Part shown: in pieces, positions 17,861-28,055 of the stretch
Numbering within the stretch: position 1 is the stretch's first letter
Layout of the letters: every line of letters starts with the position of its first letter
Source: Clostridia bacterium
GTDB lineage: Bacteria; Bacillota; Clostridia; Oscillospirales; CAG-272
DNA: 64,000 nucleotides
Assembly: GCA_017444735.1 (NCBI GenBank)
Contig: JAFSWB010000088.1
Coordinates: 3,521 to 67,520, forward strand
Reading direction: 5' to 3'
The notes under the pieces: generated by a model
Told to the model about the DNA's origin: nothing
Database searches by the model: none
The model's input: only the letters and a program-made list of their open reading frames with translations
Translations under genes and position numbers: made by a program

Positions 17861-18541
17861 ATGGTGTTTAAAAGAATCATTTCCACGCTTACGGTAGTCG
17901 CCTTGTTGTCCTTGCCCGCCGCTATGGTATCTTGCGGAGTGAGCGCTCTGAATAACGGTTATGGTGCGGATACGGGAGACGGTATCTCCGATCAAATGGA
18001 AAAAGAGGGAACGGGAATTTTATTCCCCGAAAAGGGATCGAGCGGCGCCCTCGGAATTTTTGAATTTATCACCGATGAGTTCGCGCACACCCTCAGTGAA
18101 CTTTACGACGCGTCAGACGCTGTCGTTCTGGGGACCGTTGTTAAAGACGACGAACAGTATAAAAACGAGGGGAGCGAACTTGAAAACGCGCTGTCGGAAC
18201 TTGAAATCGAAAGAGTATGGAAGGGCGATATAAAAGACGGCGAAACTGTTTCGATCCATGAAACAGGATGGAGATATGACGACGGGAAAAGCGCCTCGGT
18301 CGGGGGAGAGCCCGTGTTAAGGAAAGGAATGAAAGTCGTCCTGTTCCTCGGCCCTTCGAGAGAGGGAGAGAGATGGATCAAAAACTCTTTTCAGGGGAAG
18401 TTCATAGTCGACGGACAGGGGATAGTTCATTCCTATGAATATTTTTCGGACGATAACGAATTCAGTTATCTTGATGACGTAGGCGAGACGGTTCTCCTTA
18501 CGGATCTCGCGGCGACGCTCGACGGGCTCGCGGAAAAGTAA
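17861..18541 (+). CDS. lipoprotein, unknown function
   Basis: GGAGG RBS and a signal peptide with lipobox-like AAMVSC. Confidence 0.6.
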   Translation: MVFKRIISTLTVVALLSLPAAMVSCGVSALNNGYGADTGDGISDQMEKEGTGILFPEKGSSGALGIFEFITDEFAHTLSELYDASDAVVLGTVVKDDEQYKNEGSELENALSELEIERVWKGDIKDGETVSIHETGWRYDDGKSASVGGEPVLRKGMKVVLFLGPSREGERWIKNSFQGKFIVDGQGIVHSYEYFSDDNEFSYLDDVGETVLLTDLAATLDGLAEK

Positions 18542-18556
18542 TCGAATAAAAAACGT

Positions 18557-18586
18557 CGGCGGCGGGTTTTTTTGGGCCCGCCGCCG
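18557..18586. terminator. hairpin between convergent genes
   Basis: CGGCGGCGGG and CCCGCCGCCG flank a T-rich loop, with an A-run upstream. Confidence 0.5.
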
Positions 18587-18591
18587 ATCTG

Positions 18592-21183
18592 TTATTTGTT
18601 TCTGTATAGGAACGTGACTATCTGCGCACGCGTGCAGGTGTCGCCCGGCGAGAACGTCCTTTCGCCCGTTCCGAGCGTTATCCCCTTTTCCACCGCCCAG
18701 AGGACCGCTTTGTAAAAGTAATCGCCGCCGTCCACGTCGCGGAAGGGGTTCGACCGAGCCGTCGGCTCCGGCTCGCCCGCCGAACGCCACAGGAAAGTCA
18801 CGATCTGTCCTCTCGTGCAGTAATCGTCCGGTGAGAAGGTATTCCCGCCCGTCCCCTGCGTGACGCCGTTTTCGACCGCCCAGAGGACCGCCTTGTAAAA
18901 GTAATCGCCGCTTTTCACGTCCCGGAACGGATTCGTCGACGCCGTCGGCTCCGGCTCGCCCGCGGCGCGCCACAGGAACGTGACGACCTGACCGCGCGTG
19001 CAGCCGTCCTCGGGCGAGAACGTCGTCTTGCCGGTCCCGGCGGTTATCCCGTTGACCACCGCCCACGTCACGGGCTCCTCGTAGTAAGCGCCCCTCACGA
19101 CGTCGGCGAAGACGTCGGACGCCCTCTTCGCGGTGACGGAGGAATAAGCGTTTTTCACGTCCTCCGCCTTCATCGCGCCCTCGTAAAGACGGACGAGAGC
19201 GACCTGACCGGAGAACGGATATCTGATATCCGAGCCCGAGGACGAGAACGCGCCGACGTAGAACGCCGGATCGCCGAAGTCGGGCGCGTCGAGTCCTCCG
19301 GACACGGCGCCGGAGTCGACGAGCTCGCCGTTGAGGTAGAGGTCGACCTTCGCGCCGTCGTAGACCGCGACGGCGTGATACCACTTTTTCGCCTCTATCG
19401 GCGTTTCGGCGATCATTCGGGCGCTCACCTGTCCCGCGTCGATCGAGCGGAAGCATCCCCACAGGCGGAGCGTCCCGCCCTCAACGCGCAAGCCGCAGGA
19501 CGCCGAGTCCTGGCCGCCCGCGACGAACTGCGGGTACTCGGTATCGTTCGCGCAGAAATACGCTTCAAGCGTAAATCCGAACCTGATACGGGCGAAATCG
19601 TCCTCGCCGAAGGAATATCCGATCCCTCCGAGTCCGAGGAAGTTCGCCGCCTTTCCGCCCGTCGCCGCGACGTCCTGGATTTTCAGCCGCGCCGGCTCCT
19701 CCGTCTTCGCGTGACCGTACCGTTCGGCCGTACCGACCGACGCGTCGAATCCGAGGATGGGTTCGGCCGGGTATTTAGTCTCAACGTGACCGACATTGAC
19801 GCCGGTCAGCTCGAGCCGCGGCGAGTTGACTCTGTAACCCGTCATCGCGATGACGCGGACGGTGTAGTCGACGTCAGGTTTCAGCCCCGTGATCGGAACG
19901 TGCCACTCGGATCGCTGCTCCTTCAGCTGAGAATCGTTGAGGACGATACCCTGAATATACTCTCCGTCCGGGTCGATGACGCGGATCCTGTATCTCCAGA
20001 TATAGTCGACCATCCCGTCGGACGCGGGGATCGCGGACGGGAAATGAACGACGATCGTGTCGTGATTGTCCTCGTAGGTGACGGAAAGCTCCGCGCCGTC
20101 CGGGAACGAAGGCGCCCGGGACGCCGCGCCGAACGTCCCCTCCTCGGTCGTCGTCTTATAGATCAGATTGCCGGGATCCACGACGATCTCGTCGTCCGGA
20201 AAGACGTATTCGCCCTTCGAGACGTCCATGCGGCGGATTTTCGCCGTGCCGTCCTTCATCACGTCGACGAGGCAAAGACCGCAGGAGTTCTCTATGTTGT
20301 CGGTGAGCGGGTCGCCGACGCGCCCGGTCTCGGGATTGATCGGACTCTGCGAGCCGCCCCAGAAATGACCGAGGACGCCCGAGCGGATTATCGTGTAGCC
20401 GTTATCCTGATTTATGAACTCGCTCGGATTGTAGAAGAAAGTATGGCTGTGCCCGGTGAAAAGGATGAAATTGGGATGCGCCGAGAACGCGGCGAGCTCC
20501 GCCTCGCTCCACGTTTCGTCCGCCTCCGACCCGGGACGGTGGTGCGCCATTCCGATTATGATCCCCTTGTAACCGGACTCGTCGATCTCACGGAAGGCTT
20601 CGAGAACGAAATCCTCGATAACGTGATAGTTGCCCGAGTCGTTCTCGTCGCCCGGACTCATTTTGATAACGGGAACGCCGGATATCATGTAAAGACCGCA
20701 CGCCTTCTGCCCCGTCTCGGCTTCAAAACGCGGGATATACGAGTCCCCCGTGTGATATTCGTGATTGCCCATCGACAAAAGAGTCGTTCCGACGGCGGAA
20801 CCGGTCGCGGTCCCGGCGTAATCGTTTTCGACGGTGAGCTCTTTCGTATACTCCCTGACGATGCCCATAACCTGACGGTACGAGTTTTCCGAGCCGTCGT
20901 CCGTCACGTCGCCGGCGATCCCGAACATATCGACACCGCCGACCGCGGCGAGAGCGTCGAAGACAGCGCGGAGCTTTTCGGCGGGACGGTACTGCCCTCC
21001 GCCGAAGTGAGAATCGGCTCCGATCGCGAAACGCGCCAGAACGTCGTCCCCTTTTTCAAGCGGTTCCCAGGCGGCGCCGTCGGGATACCACGTATCCGAT
21101 TCGATATATCCCGCGCCGGCGGGAACGACGAATACGGAGAGGAGCATCAGAAGAGAGATTGACAGTGACAGAAGCTTTTTCAT
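18592..21183 (-). CDS. secreted SLH-anchored metallophosphoesterase / LamG-domain protein (paralog A)
   Basis: Signal peptide MKKLLSLSISLLMLLSVFVVPAGA. Calcineurin-like motifs (GADSHFG, GDVTDDG, GNHEYH, TGHSHT), a LamG-like region, and three C-terminal SLH repeats. The start at 21183 is RBS-supported; the track starts at 21216. Confidence 0.8.
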   Translation of the reverse strand: MKKLLSLSISLLMLLSVFVVPAGAGYIESDTWYPDGAAWEPLEKGDDVLARFAIGADSHFGGGQYRPAEKLRAVFDALAAVGGVDMFGIAGDVTDDGSENSYRQVMGIVREYTKELTVENDYAGTATGSAVGTTLLSMGNHEYHTGDSYIPRFEAETGQKACGLYMISGVPVIKMSPGDENDSGNYHVIEDFVLEAFREIDESGYKGIIIGMAHHRPGSEADETWSEAELAAFSAHPNFILFTGHSHTFFYNPSEFINQDNGYTIIRSGVLGHFWGGSQSPINPETGRVGDPLTDNIENSCGLCLVDVMKDGTAKIRRMDVSKGEYVFPDDEIVVDPGNLIYKTTTEEGTFGAASRAPSFPDGAELSVTYEDNHDTIVVHFPSAIPASDGMVDYIWRYRIRVIDPDGEYIQGIVLNDSQLKEQRSEWHVPITGLKPDVDYTVRVIAMTGYRVNSPRLELTGVNVGHVETKYPAEPILGFDASVGTAERYGHAKTEEPARLKIQDVAATGGKAANFLGLGGIGYSFGEDDFARIRFGFTLEAYFCANDTEYPQFVAGGQDSASCGLRVEGGTLRLWGCFRSIDAGQVSARMIAETPIEAKKWYHAVAVYDGAKVDLYLNGELVDSGAVSGGLDAPDFGDPAFYVGAFSSSGSDIRYPFSGQVALVRLYEGAMKAEDVKNAYSSVTAKRASDVFADVVRGAYYEEPVTWAVVNGITAGTGKTTFSPEDGCTRGQVVTFLWRAAGEPEPTASTNPFRDVKSGDYFYKAVLWAVENGVTQGTGGNTFSPDDYCTRGQIVTFLWRSAGEPEPTARSNPFRDVDGGDYFYKAVLWAVEKGITLGTGERTFSPGDTCTRAQIVTFLYRNK
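18595..19110 (-). repeat. three tandem SLH-domain coding repeats (paralog A)
   Basis: Three ~57-aa units ending in TFSPxDxCTRGQ(I/V)VTFL(W/Y)R. Confidence 0.8.
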
Positions 21184-21242
21184 TTTTTGACCCCTTATCG
21201 GTTTATCTTCTGTCATTATTCTAATCTTTTCGGGGCGTCAAG

Positions 21243-21848
21243 TCAATATTCAAAGCCGAATAACGACGCGAATATCTCGAGAATCCTGAATCTGACGCGG
21301 TATTTCGTCCCGGAGCCGTTGTCGACGACGCCGTACTGATCCCTTGTGAATCCCGACGAGAGAAAATCGTCCTCCGCTTTCTCCGCGCACGCCGTGCAGA
21401 ACGACGGGAAGACGATACACCACCAGTTCTTCCCCTCCCCGCTTCCGATCGTGACGCGGAGCGACGCGTATTCTCCGCCCGGGAGCGAGAAAGCGCCGTA
21501 ATACCGCGCCGGGTACTCTTCGCGCGACAAGGCGACGGCGACGGCGTCTTCCGATCCCGCGGCGCGGAGCGTCCTCTCCGCCGCTCTTCTCACGTCGTCG
21601 AGCGAGTCCGTTATCGCCGCTTCAGCCCCGTCGGCGTCCCGGACGTCCGAAAGCGGTCCGCGGAGCGCGTCGAGGACTCCGTCGCGAACGGCGAGCTTCA
21701 GCGACTGATCCTCCTCGCCGTCGGAGGCGGCGATAACGTGCAGACGGACGACTCCGCCGTAGATCTTCTCCTCCCCTCGCACTGGAAAGAAGACGAGCGC
21801 GAGCGCGCAAAGGATGACCGAAACGGCCGATATCACAAGTTTTTTCAT
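21243..21848 (-). CDS. spoIIR: stage II sporulation protein R
   Basis: RLHVIAASDGEEDQSLKLAVRDGVL and GEGKNWWCIVFPSFC are SpoIIR signatures. The start at MKKLVISAV (21848) is preferred. Confidence 0.85.
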   Translation of the reverse strand: MKKLVISAVSVILCALALVFFPVRGEEKIYGGVVRLHVIAASDGEEDQSLKLAVRDGVLDALRGPLSDVRDADGAEAAITDSLDDVRRAAERTLRAAGSEDAVAVALSREEYPARYYGAFSLPGGEYASLRVTIGSGEGKNWWCIVFPSFCTACAEKAEDDFLSSGFTRDQYGVVDNGSGTKYRVRFRILEIFASLFGFEY

Positions 21849-21921
21849 AATCGTTCCCTCAAAGCAAAAAAAATCCGTCGGGCACAATCACCCGACGGAT
21901 CATTTCCCTTTATTCGTTTTT

Positions 21922-22995
21922 TTATGCGCGCGAAAGGCCGGACAGCTTCAGATCGTCCTTCTTTATCCAACCGATCTTCCGCAGAACGAGACCGAAAGCC
22001 CACGTCAGCACGGCGGGGAGGATGAAGCAAATAAGCGCGAAGCCGACCCATTCGAAGACGCCCGGCGCGACGGGCGCCGCACCCGCGGCGACGGCGGCTT
22101 CCGACGGATTGTACCAGCCGGTTATGACGCCGATCTGACCGACGAAGCCGCACGTTCCCATACCAGCCGAAACGGGAGTCCCGTTCATCGTCATCCTGAA
22201 AACGCACGTCGCGAGCGGTCCCGTGATCGCCGACGTGAGGATCGGAGGAAGCCATATCCTCGGATTCTTCACGATGTTCCCCATCTGAAGCATCGACGTT
22301 CCGACTCCCTGCGAGATCAGTCCGCCCCATTTGTTCTCGCGGAACGACATGACCGCGAAGCCGACCATCTGCGCGCAGCAGCCGGCGACGGCGGCGCCCC
22401 CCGCGAGCCCGGTCAGTCCGAGCGCGGCGCAGATCGCCGCGGACGAGATCGGGAGCGTCAGAGCGACGCCGACGAGGACGGAGACGACGATACCCATAAA
22501 GAACGGCTGAAGATCGGTCGCCCACATTATCGCGTTGCCGATCCAGCTTGCCGCGGTCCCTATCGGTTTTGCGATGAGAGCGGCGAGCCCGACGCCGGAC
22601 GCGATCGTCACGAGCGGCGTCAGGAGAATGTCGATCTTTGTCTTTTTCGAGACGAGCCGACCGAGTTCGGCGGCGACGATCGCGATTATGAGGACCGCGA
22701 GCGGTCCGCCAGCCCCTCCGAGCTCGTTCGCGGACGCGCCGACCGCGGTCAGCGAAAACAGGACGAGCGGATCGGCGCCGAGCGCGTACCCGATGGCGAC
22801 CGCCATCGCGGGACCCGCCATTTTGACGGCGAAGCCGCCGATCTCCGTTATGAAAGCGACGCCGGAGAGATCTCCGACCGTCTTGATTATCGTACCGATC
22901 AGAAGACTGCAGAACAGTCCCTGCGCCATGGCTCCCATGGCGTCGACAAAATACCGTTTCGCGGCCTTTTTCAGGACACCCCCCGCTTTTGCCAT
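21922..22995 (-). CDS. PTS EIIC-like polytopic membrane protein (orphan)
   Basis: 357 aa and highly hydrophobic. It resembles the clostridial family annotated as PTS subunit IIC. No EIIA or EIIB gene is nearby. Confidence 0.55.
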   Translation of the reverse strand: MAKAGGVLKKAAKRYFVDAMGAMAQGLFCSLLIGTIIKTVGDLSGVAFITEIGGFAVKMAGPAMAVAIGYALGADPLVLFSLTAVGASANELGGAGGPLAVLIIAIVAAELGRLVSKKTKIDILLTPLVTIASGVGLAALIAKPIGTAASWIGNAIMWATDLQPFFMGIVVSVLVGVALTLPISSAAICAALGLTGLAGGAAVAGCCAQMVGFAVMSFRENKWGGLISQGVGTSMLQMGNIVKNPRIWLPPILTSAITGPLATCVFRMTMNGTPVSAGMGTCGFVGQIGVITGWYNPSEAAVAAGAAPVAPGVFEWVGFALICFILPAVLTWAFGLVLRKIGWIKKDDLKLSGLSRA

Positions 22996-23190
22996 TGTTA
23001 ACCTCCCGGAACGGCGCGCCGCGCGCGCCTCCTTTTAGATATGAACATTATAGACTATTTTTCACCGATATTCAATGTTCCTTTTTTACATAAATACCGT
23101 TGTAAAAAAGGCGTTTTTATGGTATATTAAGGATAATGTATGAAAAACGGCGGATCCCGGACCGGACGCCGCCTGAAATGGAGATTTTGT

Positions 23191-24378
23191 ATGGATTACA
23201 ACAAGAAAACAGTAGAAGACATCGACGTAAAAGGCAAAAGAGTCCTCGTCAGATGCGATTTCAACGTGCCTCTCAAGGACGGCGTCATCACCGATGAAAA
23301 CCGCATTGTCGGCGCGCTTCCCACGATCAATTATCTGATCGAACACGGAGCGAAGCTCATCCTCTGCTCCCACATGGGAAGGCCGAAAGGCGAATTCAAT
23401 ATGAAATATTCCCTTGCTCCCGTCGCGGAGCGTCTCTCCGAGAAGCTCGGCAGGACGGTCACGCTCGCGAAGGACGTCATCGGTCCCGACGCGAAGGCGA
23501 AAGCCGCCGCGCTCGGCGAGGGCGACGTTCTCCTTCTTGAAAACGTCCGCTTCCACGCCGAGGAGGAAAAGAACGATCCCGCGTTTGCGAAGGAACTCGC
23601 CTCGATGGCGGAGATCTTCGTCAACGACGCGTTCGGAACGGCTCACAGAGCTCACGCCTCCACCGCCGGCGTCGCCGATTATCTGCCCGCCGTCTGCGGC
23701 TTCCTTATTCAGAAAGAGATCTCGATCATGGGCAAGGCGCTCGCCGATCCCGCCCGTCCGTTCGTGGCGATCCTCGGCGGAGCGAAGGTCTCCGACAAGA
23801 TCGGCGTCATCAACAACCTCATCGACAAGGTCGACACCCTCATTATCGGCGGCGGAATGGCGTACACCTTCTTCCGCGCTCTCGGAAGCACGACGGGAAC
23901 GTCGATCTGCGAGGAAGACAAGCTCGACCTCGCCCGCGGGATGGTCGAAAAGGCGAGAGCCCGCGGCGTCGCCTTCCTGCTCCCCGTCGACAACATCATC
24001 GGCCGCGAGTACAAGGAAGACACGACCTATATGAGGATCTACTCAGACTCCATTCCCGACGGCTGGATGGGTCTCGACATCGGAGAGAAGACGCAGGAGC
24101 TCTTCGCAAAGACGATCGAGGGCGCGGGGACCGTCGTCTGGAACGGCCCGATGGGCGTCTCGGAGTGGGAGAACTTCGCGTCCGGCACACGCTCGGTCGC
24201 CCGCGCGGTCGCTGAATCCGGCGCGGTCTCGATCATCGGCGGAGGCGACTCCGCGGCGGCTGTCGAACACCTCGGATTCGCCGACAAGATGACGCACATC
24301 TCCACCGGCGGCGGCGCGTCGCTCGAATTCCTCGAAGGACTCGAGCTTCCCGGTATCGCCTGCCTGATGGATAAATAA
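23191..24378 (+). CDS. pgk: phosphoglycerate kinase
   Basis: [28 protein letters not shown]... is a canonical PGK. The ATG at 23191 has a GGAG 7 nt upstream. Confidence 0.97.
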   Translation: MDYNKKTVEDIDVKGKRVLVRCDFNVPLKDGVITDENRIVGALPTINYLIEHGAKLILCSHMGRPKGEFNMKYSLAPVAERLSEKLGRTVTLAKDVIGPDAKAKAAALGEGDVLLLENVRFHAEEEKNDPAFAKELASMAEIFVNDAFGTAHRAHASTAGVADYLPAVCGFLIQKEISIMGKALADPARPFVAILGGAKVSDKIGVINNLIDKVDTLIIGGGMAYTFFRALGSTTGTSICEEDKLDLARGMVEKARARGVAFLLPVDNIIGREYKEDTTYMRIYSDSIPDGWMGLDIGEKTQELFAKTIEGAGTVVWNGPMGVSEWENFASGTRSVARAVAESGAVSIIGGGDSAAAVEHLGFADKMTHISTGGGASLEFLEGLELPGIACLMDK

Positions 24379-24420
24379 AAAAATCCGGGGGACCTCACGG
24401 TCCCCCGTTATACGGAGCGA

Positions 24421-25191
24421 ATGATGAAAAAAGAAGTCAGAAAAACTGTTATCGCCGGCAACTGGAAAATGAATATGACGCCTTCCGAGGCGGTCGCCGC
24501 GGTCAAAGAAACGGCGTCTCTGACGGCGGGCAAGGACGGATGCGATATCGTCCTCTGCGTCCCGTTCGTCGATATCGCGCCCGCGGTCGAGGCGGCGAAG
24601 GGCACGAACGTGAAGATCGGCGCGCAGAACGTCCACTTTGAGAAAAAGGGCGCGTTCACCGGCGAAGTATCCGCCGATATGCTCACCGAAACCGGCGTCG
24701 GATACGTCATCGTCGGTCACAGCGAGAGAAGACAGTATTTCGGAGAGACGGACGAGACGGTCAACAAGCGCGCGAAAGCCGCGCTCGACGCCGGTCTCAC
24801 CGTTATCCTCTGTCTCGGCGAAGTTCTCGAACAGAGGCAGGCGGGCATCACCCGCGAGATCGTGTCGATGCAGACGAAGCTCGACCTCGCCGGATTCACC
24901 GCCGAGGAAATGAAGCGCGTCATCATCGCTTACGAGCCGGTCTGGGCGATCGGGACCGGTCTCACCGCGACCCCCGATCAGGCGGAGGAAGTGTGCGCGA
25001 TCATCCGCGGCGTCGTCGCGGAGCTCTACGGCGGCGAAGTCGCCGAGGCGACGACGATCCAGTACGGCGGCTCGATGAACGACGGCAACGCGAAGGAACT
25101 GCTCGCGAAGACCGACGTCGACGGCGGCCTCATCGGCGGCGCGTCGCTCGTCCCCGAAAAGTTCGCCCGCATAGTCGAGGCGGCGCAGTAA
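24421..25191 (+). CDS. tpiA: triose-phosphate isomerase
   Basis: AGNWKMN, VGHSERR and AYEPVWAIGTG motifs. Confidence 0.97.
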   Translation: MMKKEVRKTVIAGNWKMNMTPSEAVAAVKETASLTAGKDGCDIVLCVPFVDIAPAVEAAKGTNVKIGAQNVHFEKKGAFTGEVSADMLTETGVGYVIVGHSERRQYFGETDETVNKRAKAALDAGLTVILCLGEVLEQRQAGITREIVSMQTKLDLAGFTAEEMKRVIIAYEPVWAIGTGLTATPDQAEEVCAIIRGVVAELYGGEVAEATTIQYGGSMNDGNAKELLAKTDVDGGLIGGASLVPEKFARIVEAAQ

Positions 25192-25204
25192 ATCCGAACA
25201 ATCG

Positions 25205-25237
25205 AAAAAACGCCGGCGGACGCGCCGGCGTTTTTTT
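25205..25237. terminator. bidirectional rho-independent terminator
   Basis: AAAAAACGCCGGCG-GACG-CGCCGGCGTTTTTTT, located between convergent tpiA and the acyltransferase gene. Confidence 0.85.
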
Positions 25238-25240
25238 CGT

Positions 25241-26512
25241 TTACGCGAGTCCGGGAGGACACGGTCTCCCGATCTCGCGGCGGTGCTTGAAGTAGAGTTC
25301 CTCGGTCGCGAGCGCCATTTTTGTAACTGCGAAGTCGCAGTCGTGCGGGTAAATGTACCACGTGTCGTCGAGCGTGTTGAGGTCGACGCAGTCGCCGTGC
25401 TTGCCGAGATATTCGTACTCTATGTGGCATGAGTAAAGCGTCGGCACGGGCTTTATCATCTCGAACGGGTCGCCGTCGACGTCCGTCCCGCGGACGGTGA
25501 AGCCGTTCATATCGTGGATCATGACGCCCTCCCCGAGTCGGATGAACTTTTTGGCGTTCGGGAGGGAGTCGACCGTGACGGGCATCTCTCCCGTCGAGTA
25601 CGTCCCCGCCTCGATTTCCTTTTTCACTTCCCCGCGCTCCCACTCGTACCAGTCGGGAATGTGGGAGAACTCGGTCTCTCCGCTGTCGGCCGAAAGCTCG
25701 TTGAGGGGAGAAAGCGTCCACGATTTGCCGCACTCGCGGCAGAAGAGGCGGTCGCCCTCCGAGCTCATCCGGAACTCGGTCCCGCAGGCGGGACAGCGGT
25801 AGAGTACCTTATGGAGCCCCTCCGCGCGGCGCCCGTATTTCGTCACGATGCCGCGCTCCTTCTGCCACGCGTAGTCGTCGTACCGGAACATTTCGACGAT
25901 CTTTTCGTTTATCTCGTCCACGGACGCGTTTTCAAGCTCCTCCGGGGTGAAGATAAGCGTCATCTCCGCCTCGGTCGGCTTGATCCCCCTGTCGTGAAGG
26001 TTCCAGAACGGAGAGTTGACGTGGTGGCCGTGACAGATGAACGTCACGACCGGGACGCGGAGCATCTTCGCGAGCCGTCCGAGCGAGGACGGGAGCGGAG
26101 CCGTAGTTCCGCAGAGGGAATAACGCGCCTCGGGGTAAAGGACGATGACGTCGCCGTTCTTCACGACGCGAGCGAGCTGTTTTACGAGGATAAGATCGTT
26201 CGTGAACTTGCGCTTGCAGATGCCGCCGACGTCGCGGAGAAGTTTCTCCCTGCCGATGAATCCGTCGATGGCGATAACGTAATTGGCGCGGTGCGGGAAG
26301 ATCGCCGCCGTCGCCGCCTTGAAGTCCATGAACGCGTTGTGATTGCAGAGCAGAAGATACGGCGGTCTGAGTCCCTCGCATCCTGTTTTCGTGATCTTAA
26401 GACGGTGCTTTTTAACGTCCGGCAGGCTGAAAAGATACGTCAGCGGGCGCAGGAACCATTTCGTCCTGACGGGCGGTTTTTTCATATCGAAGCGCTCGAA
26501 TTCCTTTTTCAA
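25241..26512 (-). CDS. lysophospholipid (PlsC-type) acyltransferase family protein with an internal zinc ribbon
   Basis: HX4D motif CNHNAFMD, and CPACG...CRECG downstream of the acyltransferase core. Confidence 0.7.
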   Translation of the reverse strand: MKKEFERFDMKKPPVRTKWFLRPLTYLFSLPDVKKHRLKITKTGCEGLRPPYLLLCNHNAFMDFKAATAAIFPHRANYVIAIDGFIGREKLLRDVGGICKRKFTNDLILVKQLARVVKNGDVIVLYPEARYSLCGTTAPLPSSLGRLAKMLRVPVVTFICHGHHVNSPFWNLHDRGIKPTEAEMTLIFTPEELENASVDEINEKIVEMFRYDDYAWQKERGIVTKYGRRAEGLHKVLYRCPACGTEFRMSSEGDRLFCRECGKSWTLSPLNELSADSGETEFSHIPDWYEWERGEVKKEIEAGTYSTGEMPVTVDSLPNAKKFIRLGEGVMIHDMNGFTVRGTDVDGDPFEMIKPVPTLYSCHIEYEYLGKHGDCVDLNTLDDTWYIYPHDCDFAVTKMALATEELYFKHRREIGRPCPPGLA

Positions 26513-26592
26513 TTCTTCCGTCTCCTTGCGAAGTTTTTAATATTATAGCACAGATGAAGCCCAAAAAACAACAGAACGAAAAAACCGCGCTG

Positions 26593-26621
26593 TTGACATT
26601 ATCGCGGCGGCAAGATATAAT
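26593..26621 (+). promoter_or_regulatory. sigma-A type promoter of the GT2 gene
   Basis: TTGACA (26593..26598), a 17-nt spacer, then TATAAT (26616..26621). Confidence 0.7.
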
Positions 26622-26662
26622 ATGCTGTGAACAATTACCGTCGTTTACCCGAGGATCCTTAT

Positions 26663-27988
26663 ATGACTTATTTTCGTATAATCAAGCTCATCATAGATAT
26701 TCTTTTCGGCCTGCTCGGAGCCGTCTACTTTCATTTTATCGTTTTCTCGATCATCGGCCTTTTCAAAAAAAGAACGTACCCGAAGACGGACAAACGGTAC
26801 AGATACGGGCTCATAATCCCCGCGCGCAACGAGGAGTCGGTCGTCCCGCTCCTCATTGAGAGTATTCAGAAAAACGATTACCCGCAGGACAAGCTGCAGA
26901 TCTTCGTGATCGCCCACAACTGCACGGACAGAACGGCGGAGATCGCGCGCCGGTACGACGGCGTCGCCGTTTACGAGTATAATAACCCGGAAGAGAATAC
27001 GATGGGCTACGCGTTCCGCCATCTCTTCAAATGCATTGAACGCGATTACGGGACCGCGTCGTTCGACGGGTTCTTCCTCTTCAACGCTGACAACATCCTT
27101 GACAAAGACTACATAGCGAGGATGAACGACGCGTACGATTTCTACGGAAAAGAGTGCGTCATCACCTCGTTCAGGAATTCGAAGAACTTCGGCGCGAACC
27201 TTATGTCGGGTCTGTACGGGATGTATTTCACCGTCGGATGCCGCCTTGAAAGCAGAGGAAGAACGTACAAGGGCTGTTCAACGCGCGTTCAGGGGACCGG
27301 ATATCTGATCAATCCGGAGATCGTCAAGGACGGCTGGAAGTACGTCTCCCTCGCGGAGGACTGGGAATTCACCGCCGATCAGGTCCTCGCCGAGGACCGG
27401 ATCAGATACTGCGACGACGCGATCTTCTACGACGAACAGCCGACGACGTTCCGGATCATGTGGAGACAGCGCATCCGCTGGTCGCGCGGCCACCTGCTCG
27501 TCTTTTATTCGAGATTCCGTGATATGATAAGAGAGCTGTTCAGCCGGAAGACGAAATACAGAGGTTCCGTCTACGATATTACGGCGAACATCCTGCCGAT
27601 CGGTCTTTTCATCGTCACCCTTCAGGTCCTTCAGCTCGCGCTTTATTTCACCGCACCGCTGATCGACAAAACGGTGACGCTTTACGACGTTTTCATCGGG
27701 TCGGGGCCGTTTTCCTTCCTGACCGGCGCTTTTCTGCCGACGTGGATCATTTCGACCGGGTTCTCGACCGTTATGACGTTCCTCTCCGCGATCATCATTT
27801 TCGCGGTCGAAAAAGAGAGGATAAAGGGCGTATCGTTCGGGATGAAGGCGCTGATCTCGGTCTTCTGGCCGCTTTTCCTGGCGATACAGATCCCGATCGA
27901 CGTCGTGGCGTTCTTCTCGCGCAACCTCGGTTGGAAACCGATACCTCACAGCGATAAAACGACGTTTGAAAATGTAAATGAGAGATAA
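26663..27988 (+). CDS. membrane-integrated family-2 glycosyltransferase (processive synthase type)
   Basis: IIPARNEE, a DxD region and the QRIRWSRG (QxxRW) motif, with TM helices at both ends. The ATG at 26663 lies downstream of the predicted promoter and has a GAGGA RBS. The track GTG at 26627 would fall at or before the transcription start. Confidence 0.8.
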   Translation: MTYFRIIKLIIDILFGLLGAVYFHFIVFSIIGLFKKRTYPKTDKRYRYGLIIPARNEESVVPLLIESIQKNDYPQDKLQIFVIAHNCTDRTAEIARRYDGVAVYEYNNPEENTMGYAFRHLFKCIERDYGTASFDGFFLFNADNILDKDYIARMNDAYDFYGKECVITSFRNSKNFGANLMSGLYGMYFTVGCRLESRGRTYKGCSTRVQGTGYLINPEIVKDGWKYVSLAEDWEFTADQVLAEDRIRYCDDAIFYDEQPTTFRIMWRQRIRWSRGHLLVFYSRFRDMIRELFSRKTKYRGSVYDITANILPIGLFIVTLQVLQLALYFTAPLIDKTVTLYDVFIGSGPFSFLTGAFLPTWIISTGFSTVMTFLSAIIIFAVEKERIKGVSFGMKALISVFWPLFLAIQIPIDVVAFFSRNLGWKPIPHSDKTTFENVNER

Positions 27989-28007
27989 TCCCGTCATCGG
28001 ATGAAAA

Positions 28008-28055
28008 GGGCGCCCTGTTGCCGAGTGTTCCAAAGGACACTCGGCAACGGGGCGC
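28008..28055 (+). terminator. long nested hairpin after the GT2 gene
   Basis: GGGCGCCCTGTTGCCGAGTGT-TCCAAAGG-ACACTCGGCAACGGGGCGC, a ~19-bp stem with one mismatch. The downstream T-tract is weak. Confidence 0.5.
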
